From NCBI GenBank assembly GCA_036231405.1, contig JAZAHK010000003.1:1-64000 (forward strand): 64,000 bases of DNA, in the 5' to 3' direction. Positions within the stretch are counted from its first letter, which is position 1. Each line of letters starts with the position of its first letter. This DNA comes from Nitrospinota bacterium. Its GTDB lineage: Bacteria; UBA8248. Below the pieces are notes generated by a model. It did no database searches and had not been told where the DNA came from. It worked only from the letters and a program-made list of their open reading frames with translations. Both the position numbers and the translations under genes were made by a program. This document shows, piece after piece, positions 10,125 to 18,810 of this stretch.

Positions 10125-10562
10125 ATGATGGTTCAAAAGAAAAAGACAAAAATACCTGCAAAAGCTATGAAACGAGCAACAATTTTATGGAATAAGAAAT
10201 TTACAGAAAAAATCGCTGAAGACATGGCAACTTGGGCAGACGATGAGTTTATGAAATTATTTATGGACTTTTGCTACGGTGGATTATACGACAGAAACGT
10301 TCTTCCTCAAAAAACGAGAGAACTCTGTGCTGTCGCAGCTTGTGTAATGGCAAACGCACACCCACAACTAAAAACACATATTTTTGCAGCCTGGAATTGT
10401 GGTGCGTCCAAAAAAGAAATAATGGAGGTGATAATACAGATGTCTACATACTGCGGAATGCCATATATGCTTCAAGCCGCTAGAATAGCGTGGAATGAAG
10501 TTTTCCCAAATTTAAAGAAAAAGGGGAAGGTAGCAGCAATACCAGATGGATTAAAAAAATAA
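10125..10562 (+). CDS. Carboxymuconolactone decarboxylase (CMD/AhpD) family protein
   Basis: LPQKTRELCAVAA...QLKTHI...GASKKEIMEVI...YCGMP; ATG 10125 preferred over TTG 10104. Confidence 0.8.
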   Translation: MMVQKKKTKIPAKAMKRATILWNKKFTEKIAEDMATWADDEFMKLFMDFCYGGLYDRNVLPQKTRELCAVAACVMANAHPQLKTHIFAAWNCGASKKEIMEVIIQMSTYCGMPYMLQAARIAWNEVFPNLKKKGKVAAIPDGLKK

Positions 10563-10638
10563 GAATGAATTTGAATGAAACTTCTTTTTCTGTAGAATAA
10601 CCTTTCTTGAACTTAAAATTGTTTAGGAGACCCACTTA

Positions 10639-10793
10639 ATGAAAAAAAGGGTAACTACAAGGACGGAAAAAAAGATGGTGAGTGGACTAAGCACCGAGAA
10701 GATGGCACGGCATATGATTTAAGAACCTACAAGAATGGAAGAAGAGAAACAGAACATTCACTCACCGTTGTGCATTGTCAGACTTTAACTTAA
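10639..10793 (+). pseudogene. MORN-variant repeat fragment (YwqK-like); the start codon is out of frame
   Basis: Frame from 10641 reads KKGNYKDGKKDGEWTKHREDGTAYDLRTYKNG; AGGAGA plus ATG at 10639 is in another frame, across an A7 run. Confidence 0.5.
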
Positions 10794-10820
10794 GAAATTC
10801 ATAATTAGGAGCAATACAAA

Positions 10821-11597
10821 ATGAGTAGAAAATTCGTAGATTTAAGTATACCCTTACAGAATGCTCCAATGGAAAATAATCCTGCGGTAATACAATATGT
10901 TGCACACCATGAACTAGGACGTTCCAGGACCAAAGCATACAAGTTTCCTGACACCAGTTACTTCCCAGATCATATGCACTGCGCAACCGAAAATATTAGT
11001 GCGGTTAGTACACATAGCGGCACACATCTTGATTCTCCCTATCATTATGGTCCAACTTGTGAAGGCAAACCTTCAAAAACGATTGATCTTGTCCCCTTAG
11101 AATGGTGTTTTGGTGACGGTGTAGTTCTCGACTTTCACGATGCAGAACGTGGTCATAACATCACTGTTGATGAGGTGAAAAACAAGGTGCAGTTACTATC
11201 TGAAAAAGGATATGACTTAAAACCTATGGATATTGTTTTGATCCGAACGGATCATACAACGAAATACCTTTATACTCCTGATTTTGAGCAGTCACATCCT
11301 GGTATGAGTGCTGATGCGACTTCATGGCTAGTTGATCAAGGAATAAAAGTGATGGGTATAGATGCATGGGGTTTTGATATCCCAACCAATCAAATGGCCA
11401 AATTAAGACTTGAAGGGAATACCAAAGACTTCTTCGGCAGTCATTACCTTGGCAGAGAGAAAGAATATATCCACGCAGAGAAGCTTGCTAATCTCGATCA
11501 AATACCCGAGTTTGGTTTTCAAGTCTCTATGTTCCCAATTAAAGTAGAGCGTGCAAGCGGTGCCTGGATTCGCGCTGTTGCAATTTTAGATAGTTAA
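10821..11597 (+). CDS. Cyclase family metal-dependent hydrolase (kynurenine formamidase-like)
   Basis: HSGTHLDSPYH, DIVLIRT, GIDAWGFD and EKLANL motifs. Confidence 0.88.
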   Translation: MSRKFVDLSIPLQNAPMENNPAVIQYVAHHELGRSRTKAYKFPDTSYFPDHMHCATENISAVSTHSGTHLDSPYHYGPTCEGKPSKTIDLVPLEWCFGDGVVLDFHDAERGHNITVDEVKNKVQLLSEKGYDLKPMDIVLIRTDHTTKYLYTPDFEQSHPGMSADATSWLVDQGIKVMGIDAWGFDIPTNQMAKLRLEGNTKDFFGSHYLGREKEYIHAEKLANLDQIPEFGFQVSMFPIKVERASGAWIRAVAILDS

Positions 11598-11660
11598 TAT
11601 ATTTTTATTTTTTTAGGTTCATACTAGATTAGAGGAACAGATAAATTTATAGGGGGGTTT

Positions 11661-11858
11661 ATGTTAAAATATGGCTTGATTAACGTATTACAGGATGGAT
11701 TATTTTCCTTCTTTACATCTTTGTATAAAAGATTTCCATTACTTTTAGCATTTACGCTTGGAATCTTACTGTTATACGCAATCGGATTTGCACAGACTGA
11801 AATTTTACATGATGCAGCTCACGATACTAGACATTCTTTTATGTTCCCTTGCCACTAA
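11661..11858 (+). CDS. cbtB: Cobalt transporter subunit CbtB
   Basis: One TM helix followed by HDAAHDTRHSFMFPCH. Confidence 0.85.
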   Translation: MLKYGLINVLQDGLFSFFTSLYKRFPLLLAFTLGILLLYAIGFAQTEILHDAAHDTRHSFMFPCH

Positions 11859-11869
11859 GAGGAAAAGGG

Positions 11870-12550
11870 ATGTTTCAACGTATCATCTTTTCTGCTTCTA
11901 TAGCAGGTTTATTGTCTGGAATTCTTCTTACTTTTCTCCAGCATGTATGGATAATTCCTATCATTCGAAATGCTGAAAAATTGGAGATAAAATCAGCACA
12001 TAATACAAAGAATACCCATCATAATAAGCATGTTAATGGGCGCATGTTCTCAAATCCCAACTACAAATCATTAATAGCAAACACAATCACCTCAATTGCA
12101 TTCGCACTTTTGATGATTTCTTCTGGAGGATTCGTCAAAAATTTCGACGCAAAGAGAGGATTGTTTTGGGGTATAGCTGGGTTTATAATTTTCTCATTAA
12201 TGCCATCAATAGTTATAACACCAAAACTACCAGGGGACATTTCTCTTCCTCTTAGTGAACACAATATGCTATGGATTTTAACAACAACCTGTACTGCAAT
12301 AGGGTTACTGTTTATTATTTTCTTCGATAAAAACTCAGCAAAATTCTTCGGCTTAGTCGTTATTTTGTTCCCACATTTAGTGTCTTATTCATTTTTTGAA
12401 ATTAAATTAACTGGCGAGTTAGAAATTCTACAAGAGAAATTTCACCTAGCAACTCTTATTATTTCTCTGATTTTCTGGAGTTTCCTTGGAATTACCTCAG
12501 GGTATTTTTTCAAAAAACTAAGTCCTAATTTAAAAAAAGAGGGCATTTAA
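11870..12550 (+). CDS. cbtA: Cobalt transporter subunit CbtA
   Basis: MFQRII start, His-rich loop, GLFWGIAGF and PKLPG motifs; follows cbtB. Confidence 0.82.
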   Translation: MFQRIIFSASIAGLLSGILLTFLQHVWIIPIIRNAEKLEIKSAHNTKNTHHNKHVNGRMFSNPNYKSLIANTITSIAFALLMISSGGFVKNFDAKRGLFWGIAGFIIFSLMPSIVITPKLPGDISLPLSEHNMLWILTTTCTAIGLLFIIFFDKNSAKFFGLVVILFPHLVSYSFFEIKLTGELEILQEKFHLATLIISLIFWSFLGITSGYFFKKLSPNLKKEGI

Positions 12551-12555
12551 AACTG

Positions 12556-12909
12556 ATGTCCGATAAAGACAAAAACAACAAGCCATGGGGATTTTTCGTT
12601 AACATATACGGAGAAGATGGTTTCATTGTAAAAAAGATAGTAGTAAACCCCGGACACAGATTGAGTTTGCAAAAACACGTTCATAGAAGTGAACATTGGT
12701 TTGTAATCTGCGGAACTGGAAAACTACAATTGGAAAACAGAGAAATCGAATTAGAAACAGGAAATGCTATCGACATACCCAGAAACGCATGGCACCGGAT
12801 CAAGAACACAGGAGAAATTGACCTAGTATTCATAGAGATACAGCAGGGAGCACCCCTTATAGAAGAAGACATTGAAAGAAAAGAAGATGATTATGGGAGA
12901 GCAGATTGA
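12556..12909 (+). CDS. Cupin, mannose-6-phosphate isomerase type II C-terminal domain
   Basis: KPWG, RLSLQKHVHRSEHW and EEDIERKEDDYGR motifs. Confidence 0.88.
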   Translation: MSDKDKNNKPWGFFVNIYGEDGFIVKKIVVNPGHRLSLQKHVHRSEHWFVICGTGKLQLENREIELETGNAIDIPRNAWHRIKNTGEIDLVFIEIQQGAPLIEEDIERKEDDYGRAD

Positions 12910-12938
12910 ATATTTTTTATCCCCATCTATTTGCTATT

Positions 12939-14129
12939 TTAAATATTTTCTAGAGCCGTTTTCAGCCGTTCAACACCCTTTTCGCATTCTTCGCTGGAGC
13001 AAGAGTATGCAATCCTTAGGTATCCTTCCCCTGCTTTTCCAAAAACTCCTCCGTCAATTGTCGCTATAGCGTGTTCATTCAAAAGATAGTTTGCCACATC
13101 GCTCGAATTTGAACCAAAAGCTTTAACGTTTGGGAAAGCGTAAAATGCACCTGTCGGTAATGCCAAGGAAACGCCCTTAATAGACTTGAGACCATCTACT
13201 ATTATATTTCTACGCAACGAAAAGGCTTCTTTCATTTCTTCCATAGGTGATTGATCTTCAGAAATTGCTGCAGCAGCACCATGCTGGATAAAGGTATTTA
13301 CGCAAACTGTTGTATATTGCCTTATTTTAAGTAAATGACGTGACATTTCGGGACTAGCAATCGTCCATCCCAGTCTCCATCCATCCATACTAAAAAATTT
13401 CGAGAACCCATTAATTATAACTGTCCTTTCAGACATTCCTGGCTGTGTAAAAATACTCGGTGCTACAGACCCCTCTCCAAAGTAAATACGAGAATATATC
13501 TCATCAGAAATTACGAGTAAATTATTTTCAATAGCTAAAGAAGCTATTTTTTTTAATTCATCTTCGGGGATAACACAACCTGTTGGATTACCAGGAGATG
13601 TGAGACAGATCATTTTTGTCTTTGAATTGATCTTATTTTTTATATCTTCAGAACGGAGATTAAACCCATGTTCCTCCTGTGTTTCTACCTCAATTGGAAC
13701 ACCACCTGCAATTGAGACACACGACTTATAATGATGCCAATTTGGATCAGCTATAATAACCTCATCACCAGGATTTATAAGAGCCAACATAGAAACAAGA
13801 ATTCCCTCATTTGCTCCTGCCATAACAATAACCTGAGTACCAGGATCAACGGCAACACCTGTGTCTATCTCTGTCCTCTTGGCAATACCTTTTCTTAAAA
13901 TTGGAATTCCCGTACTTGGAGCGTAATGGACATCTCCTCTATCAAGTGACGTTTTAGCTGCTTCTTTTATATGAGTAGGGGTATCAAAATCAGGACGTCC
14001 TATCTGCCAATGAACGACGTCCTTCCCCTGAGTTTCTAAAGCGGAAACAGCATCGAACACTTTTCGTATACCTGAAAACGGGATCAAATTTAGGCGATTC
14101 GCAGCACATTCCTGCGGATTAAAATTCAT
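12939..14129 (-). CDS. Class I/II PLP-dependent aminotransferase (aspartate aminotransferase-like)
   Basis: GRPDF, GNPTG, SDEIY and SKFFSMDGWRLG motifs. Confidence 0.9.
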   Translation of the reverse strand: MNFNPQECAANRLNLIPFSGIRKVFDAVSALETQGKDVVHWQIGRPDFDTPTHIKEAAKTSLDRGDVHYAPSTGIPILRKGIAKRTEIDTGVAVDPGTQVIVMAGANEGILVSMLALINPGDEVIIADPNWHHYKSCVSIAGGVPIEVETQEEHGFNLRSEDIKNKINSKTKMICLTSPGNPTGCVIPEDELKKIASLAIENNLLVISDEIYSRIYFGEGSVAPSIFTQPGMSERTVIINGFSKFFSMDGWRLGWTIASPEMSRHLLKIRQYTTVCVNTFIQHGAAAAISEDQSPMEEMKEAFSLRRNIIVDGLKSIKGVSLALPTGAFYAFPNVKAFGSNSSDVANYLLNEHAIATIDGGVFGKAGEGYLRIAYSCSSEECEKGVERLKTALENI

Positions 14130-14152
14130 CTATATCTCCTTAACATAAAAAA

Positions 14153-14947
14153 TTAAAAAAGTTCGCATCGCATCAAAGTCACTGCCTGACCGGAAAGAGT
14201 AATTTTATCTTTTCCCAAGCTAATCTTAATAATACCTCCTCTTTCGGAAATTTGTTTTGCTATCAGTTTTTTTTTTGAAAGTTTTTCCGACCAAAACGTT
14301 CCCAACGAACAATGGGAAGACCCAGTGACATGATCCTCCTCTATCCCAATTGAAGGCGCGAAAAACCGCGATACAAAATCAAAATCATTACCGTTAGCAG
14401 GAGCCGTCACAATTACACCGCGGCAAGGGAATTCTTGTAGTTTTCGAAAGTTAGGACTCAACTTCTCAAGAACAAATTCCGAATCTGCCTCAAGCAGATA
14501 GTCATTTAATGATGTCTTAGCACAAAATTTTGGTTTTATCCCTAAACTATCAATCATACCTACAGGGAGATCTTCTTCTTTATATTCTATTATTGGGAAA
14601 TTCATCTGTATCCAATTATCACTTCTTTTGCAGATTATGTTTCCGCTATTTGTTAGAAATTGTATGTCTTGATCTATGGGATGGAATCCTTCATCCCACA
14701 ATACGTATGCACTCGCGAGCGTAGCGTGACCACATAAATCAACTTCGCCTTTGGGTGCGAACCAGCGTAAAAAATAAAAACCATCGTCTCTTTTTCCTAC
14801 AAAAGCCGTCTCGGATAAATTTATTTCGGCTGCAACTCTTCCCATCCATGTTTCATCCGCAGGACTTGGCAAAATACAAACTGCAGCGGGATTACCAGAA
14901 AAAGGAAATTGGGTAAACGCGTCTACATGAAACAATTTAAATGACAA
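14153..14947 (-). CDS. PhzF family isomerase/epimerase
   Basis: DAFT..FSGNPAAV, NLSETAF, EVDLCGHATLA and EDHVTGS motifs. Confidence 0.9.
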   Translation of the reverse strand: MSFKLFHVDAFTQFPFSGNPAAVCILPSPADETWMGRVAAEINLSETAFVGKRDDGFYFLRWFAPKGEVDLCGHATLASAYVLWDEGFHPIDQDIQFLTNSGNIICKRSDNWIQMNFPIIEYKEEDLPVGMIDSLGIKPKFCAKTSLNDYLLEADSEFVLEKLSPNFRKLQEFPCRGVIVTAPANGNDFDFVSRFFAPSIGIEEDHVTGSSHCSLGTFWSEKLSKKKLIAKQISERGGIIKISLGKDKITLSGQAVTLMRCELF

Positions 14948-14978
14948 GGTAAATTCCTTAGAGATAAGGAGAAAGTCC

Positions 14979-15215
14979 TCATAAAAGATTCTTTATCAAA
15001 TCAATAATTTCTTCATCTGTAGGGAAGCGACCACTTTCCAGTTTTGAAAAAATTTCTTTATCTCCCATGGTTAACTCGAAAGAACACACACGAAACTCTC
15101 CGTCTTGATTGCCTAACACCTCTATATCTAAAAATTCATTTTTCAGTGACTGAGCTAACTGCTCAAATTGAGGTTTATAATTTCATCTCTCGCAATATTC
15201 TATATAAAGTTTCAT
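14979..15215 (-). CDS. SelW/SelT/SelH (Rdx) family selenoprotein, 78 aa, Sec at codon 11
   Basis: MKLYIEYCER-U-NYKPQFEQLAQSLKNEFLDIEVLGNQDGEFRVCSFELTMGDKEIFSKLESGRFPTDEEIIDLIKNLL; in-frame TGA at 15183-15185 in a CxxU motif; GGGAG RBS; Rdx signatures IEYC, SFE and IFSK...GRFP. Confidence 0.9.
15151..15165 (-). promoter_or_regulatory. Putative bacterial SECIS element (upper stem-loop)
   Basis: UGAGC-AGUUA-GCUCA hairpin with the stem beginning 17 nt after the UGA and G in the second loop position. Confidence 0.6.
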
Positions 15216-15429
15216 TTCAAGATTACTCCCGTGAATCTATTTAGCTTAAGTAAGTGACAATAATTCAGAAACAAGAATATTCTTATCCATTGAAAATAAA
15301 TTTTCAAATGCCCAATTTCAATAATTTCAGATTAAACATAGAATGCCAGAGCAATATAATTTTAGTTTAACTTAACATTTTGAAGTATTGTATAAATAAT
15401 TTGAAGTTATTTAGACAAACGAAACTGGA

Positions 15430-16836
15430 GTGGCCATGGCTGGCATAACAGAATTTAAAATTTATGTGCCCCCTTATCGATTAAATGGAGATATGATTTC
15501 TTCCGTATGGGGCAGAGGCAATCGAAAGACATCAAGACCAATCATGTCGTTTGACGAAGACACAAACACAATGGCAGTAGAAGCAATTTTAGATGATTCT
15601 ACCTGGGGGGAAGTAGATGTAGATGCACTTTATTATGCTTCAACAAGTTTTCCTTACACAGAAAAATCAAACGCATCTATTGTTGCCGAGGCAAGCGATC
15701 TAAAGAGCGACATTTTTACTGCTGAGTTTTCAGGCTCTCTCCGTTCTTCGACCACTGCACTTAGAAGCGCCGCGGAATCTGTAAAAGCAGGAACAATTAA
15801 ATCAGCCGTGGTTGTAGCATCAGAATCAAGACCGTCATACCCTGGAAGTCCTGATGAATTATCATTATGTGATTGTTCTGCGGCGCTTTTCGTTGGAGAT
15901 GGTGAAAAAGTAATTGCAGAAATTGAGGATTTCTATTCGTGGTCAGAAGATTTTATTGACCGTTGGAGATTGCCCGGCGGAAAAAGCATCTCCTCTGGAG
16001 ACGCAAAATTTATTCAAGATTATGGCTATATCCGTCAAACAGTGGCTACTGTAGAAGGATTATTAAAAAAAACAGGAGCTACTCCTGAAGATATCGCACA
16101 CGTAGTTTTCTACTCTCCTGATGTTAGAACCAGCAGAGCAATCAACAAGAAACTTGGCTTCCCTGAATCTTCATTTTCGAAATCCCCAGTGGTGGAAAAA
16201 ATTGGTGACGCAGGGACTGTAATGCCTTTCATTTCATTGATAGAAACTCTGAAGAAAGCTAGACCAGGTGAATATATTATTATAACTGGGCATGGAAGTG
16301 GTGGAGATGCCATTTTGCTCCGTGCTACAGACCATATTGCAAATTTTGATTCCAGTAATGGACTAGAAAAAGCTCTTGAGAAACAAATCCCTCTTGAGAA
16401 TTATGGAAAAATTTTACTTAGCTACGGGATCACATCTGAAGATGAAATTATTCCCTTCACATCGCCTAGCATATTATGGAAAGAAAATCGTGCGAACATG
16501 CGACTATTTGCTGGCAAGTGCAAAACTTGTTCAGAAATACAATATCCCAGGCAACAAGTTTGTAATGGATGCGGGACTCGTGACAAATGGGATGAAATAA
16601 AGTTGCATCGACGTGGAAAAATCTTTACATTCGTGCACGATTATCTGCCACCCTCACCAAATGGTTATATAACTATGGCAACTGCGGACATGGAAGGTGG
16701 AGGTAGATTCTATGCACAACTTACAGAATGTAATAAAGAAGATGTCAAGATAGGGATGGAAGTTGAATTAACCTTCCGAATGTTACATAAGGGAGATGGA
16801 TTTTATAATTATTTTTGGAAGTTTAGACCGGTATAA
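15430..16836 (+). CDS. HMG-CoA synthase/KAS-III-like domain fused to a DUF35 (Zn-ribbon + OB-fold) domain
   Basis: DEDTNTMAVEA N-terminus; CKTC...CNGC Zn ribbon; GKIFTF, IGMEVELTFR and YFWKFRP OB-fold motifs. Confidence 0.82.
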   Translation: MAMAGITEFKIYVPPYRLNGDMISSVWGRGNRKTSRPIMSFDEDTNTMAVEAILDDSTWGEVDVDALYYASTSFPYTEKSNASIVAEASDLKSDIFTAEFSGSLRSSTTALRSAAESVKAGTIKSAVVVASESRPSYPGSPDELSLCDCSAALFVGDGEKVIAEIEDFYSWSEDFIDRWRLPGGKSISSGDAKFIQDYGYIRQTVATVEGLLKKTGATPEDIAHVVFYSPDVRTSRAINKKLGFPESSFSKSPVVEKIGDAGTVMPFISLIETLKKARPGEYIIITGHGSGGDAILLRATDHIANFDSSNGLEKALEKQIPLENYGKILLSYGITSEDEIIPFTSPSILWKENRANMRLFAGKCKTCSEIQYPRQQVCNGCGTRDKWDEIKLHRRGKIFTFVHDYLPPSPNGYITMATADMEGGGRFYAQLTECNKEDVKIGMEVELTFRMLHKGDGFYNYFWKFRPV

Positions 16837-16869
16837 ACTTTAAATAGTCAATAAATCGGAGATTAAAAA

Positions 16870-18066
16870 ATGTCAGAAACTATCTCGGGTAAGGTTGCCA
16901 TTATTGGAGTCGGAATTACAAAATTTGGAGAACTTTTTGAGAAAAGCTACAATGACCTCGTCGTTGATGCGGCTTTTGAAGCATATGAAGACTCAGGTTT
17001 GAATCCGGAAGATGTTGAAGCTGCGTGGTTGGGGACATATCTTCCACTCGGTTGGGGTTTCGATGGAACTGGAGGTCCCTCTCTCGCAGAAGCTTTGAAT
17101 CTCTACCCAAAACCTGTTTCGAGAGTATCGAATTACTGTACTACTGGGATGGAGGCAGTTCGAATGGCCGCTATGGCGGTTGCATCAGGCATGTATGACG
17201 TTGTACTGGCAGTTGGGGCAGAAAAAATGAGAGAAGTTCCCCCAAGAGGCAGCTTGGTTGCTCAGCATATCGAGAAATTACATCCTATGTATTCGAAAGG
17301 TCGGACTGCTCCAGGTAGTTTCGCTATTTTAGCAACCAGGTACTTTGAAGAATATGGCGCAACAAAAGAAGACCTCGCTGAAGTTGCTGTTAAAAATCAT
17401 TATCATGGGTCATTGAATCCTAGAGCTCATTTCAGAAAAGAGATAACAAAAGAACAAGTCTTAAATGCTCCACCGGTTACGGAACCCCTGGGATTATACG
17501 ATTGTTGTCCAACCACAGATGGGGCAGCTGCCTTAGTTTTATGCAAGGCAGAATTGGCTGAAAAAAGATTTAACAAGAAAGATTATATTCTTATAGATGG
17601 AATGGGACTTTCTTGTGCAACGGGATACATTACTACAGCTTTTAACCCAAATTTTAAATTCACAGGATTTGAAGCAACCCAACACGCCTCAAAACAAGCA
17701 TATGAACAAGCTGGCATTCAGAATCCGCTAGAAGAGATAGACGTAGCCGAAGTTCATGATTGTTTCACTATAACTGAGATTCTAAATTACGAAGACTTGG
17801 GCTTTGTAAAAAAGGGGGAAGGTCCCGACTTTGTGAAAAGTGGTTCAAGTAAACTCGGGGGGCAACTACCCGTCAATACATCTGGTGGGCTGAAAAGCTG
17901 TGGACATCCAATAGGAGCGACAGGAGCGCGAGTTTTAGGAGACTTATCCAATCAACTTCTTGGACGTTGTGGTGACAGACAAGTTAAGAACGCCAAAAAA
18001 GCTCTTGGTCACACACTAGGAGGTCCAGGAGCAGTATCAAGTGTCTTTATATTGAGTAAAAATTAG
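16870..18066 (+). CDS. Thiolase, SCP2/archaeal type (acetyl-CoA acetyltransferase family)
   Basis: NYCTTG, KNHYHG, DGAAA, EVHDCF and GHPIGATG motifs. Confidence 0.9.
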   Translation: MSETISGKVAIIGVGITKFGELFEKSYNDLVVDAAFEAYEDSGLNPEDVEAAWLGTYLPLGWGFDGTGGPSLAEALNLYPKPVSRVSNYCTTGMEAVRMAAMAVASGMYDVVLAVGAEKMREVPPRGSLVAQHIEKLHPMYSKGRTAPGSFAILATRYFEEYGATKEDLAEVAVKNHYHGSLNPRAHFRKEITKEQVLNAPPVTEPLGLYDCCPTTDGAAALVLCKAELAEKRFNKKDYILIDGMGLSCATGYITTAFNPNFKFTGFEATQHASKQAYEQAGIQNPLEEIDVAEVHDCFTITEILNYEDLGFVKKGEGPDFVKSGSSKLGGQLPVNTSGGLKSCGHPIGATGARVLGDLSNQLLGRCGDRQVKNAKKALGHTLGGPGAVSSVFILSKN

Positions 18067-18076
18067 CCACAATAGA

Positions 18077-18799
18077 TTACGAACTGATACCAACAAATAT
18101 ATTTGCAACACCACCTGTCACTGAGTGAACTGTAACATCCCTGAATCCATGTTTTGCTATAAGCTTTTTTGTTTCATTCGGAACAGGAAATTCAGAAACC
18201 GTAGCCGGCAAATAACTATAGGCATCACGATGACCAGAAAATAATCTGCCTAAAATTGGAAGAATACATTTAAAATAGAAATTAAAGGCTGTTCCCCAAA
18301 TACCTCTAGGATTCCCAAATTCTAAAATAACGATGGGGGCCCCTGGACGTATAACTCTTGACATCTCCCCTAGACCTTCCTCTCGTGACTGAAAATTTCT
18401 AAATCCAAAAGATACAATAATTCCATCAAATGAAGAGTCTCGAAATGGAAGACAAAGAGCATCTCCCTGTATAAAATTACAGTCCAACAATTTTTTGGAA
18501 GCTTTTGATTTCCCAATCCCCAACATTGGATATGCAAAATCCAATCCAATAACTCTAACCTTAGACTTTTTCTGTAGAAATTTTGTTTGCCTCAATATTT
18601 CTAAAACCACATCTCCGGTACCTGTCGCTAAATCTAGAAAAACAGGTGAGGCCACAGCATTGTCATATAAGTGACGAACAGCTTTCTTTCTCCAATAGAA
18701 ATCTAAACCAAAACTAAGAGAATGGTTAAGAAGATCATAAGTAGGAGCAATTTTTGAAAACATTTCTCTTACTTTTTTTCGTTCAATATCAGGTGACAA
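18077..18799 (-). CDS. menG: Demethylmenaquinone methyltransferase
   Basis: MFSKIAPTYDLLNH, LDLATGTGD, FGFRN and AYSYL motifs. Confidence 0.9.
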   Translation of the reverse strand: MSPDIERKKVREMFSKIAPTYDLLNHSLSFGLDFYWRKKAVRHLYDNAVASPVFLDLATGTGDVVLEILRQTKFLQKKSKVRVIGLDFAYPMLGIGKSKASKKLLDCNFIQGDALCLPFRDSSFDGIIVSFGFRNFQSREEGLGEMSRVIRPGAPIVILEFGNPRGIWGTAFNFYFKCILPILGRLFSGHRDAYSYLPATVSEFPVPNETKKLIAKHGFRDVTVHSVTGGVANIFVGISS

Positions 18800-18810
18800 T
18801 AAAAATCCTC

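Noticed and set aside
15044-15244. 66-aa plus-strand ORF in the track
   Set aside because: Antisense shadow of the minus-strand SelW-like gene; no motif
1581-18066. Complete upper mevalonate pathway from the island HMGR plus the chromosomal HMGCS-like gene and thiolase
   Set aside because: The genes are 12 kb apart in compositionally different DNA, the synthase-like domain appears to lack its catalytic Cys, and no mevalonate kinases are seen
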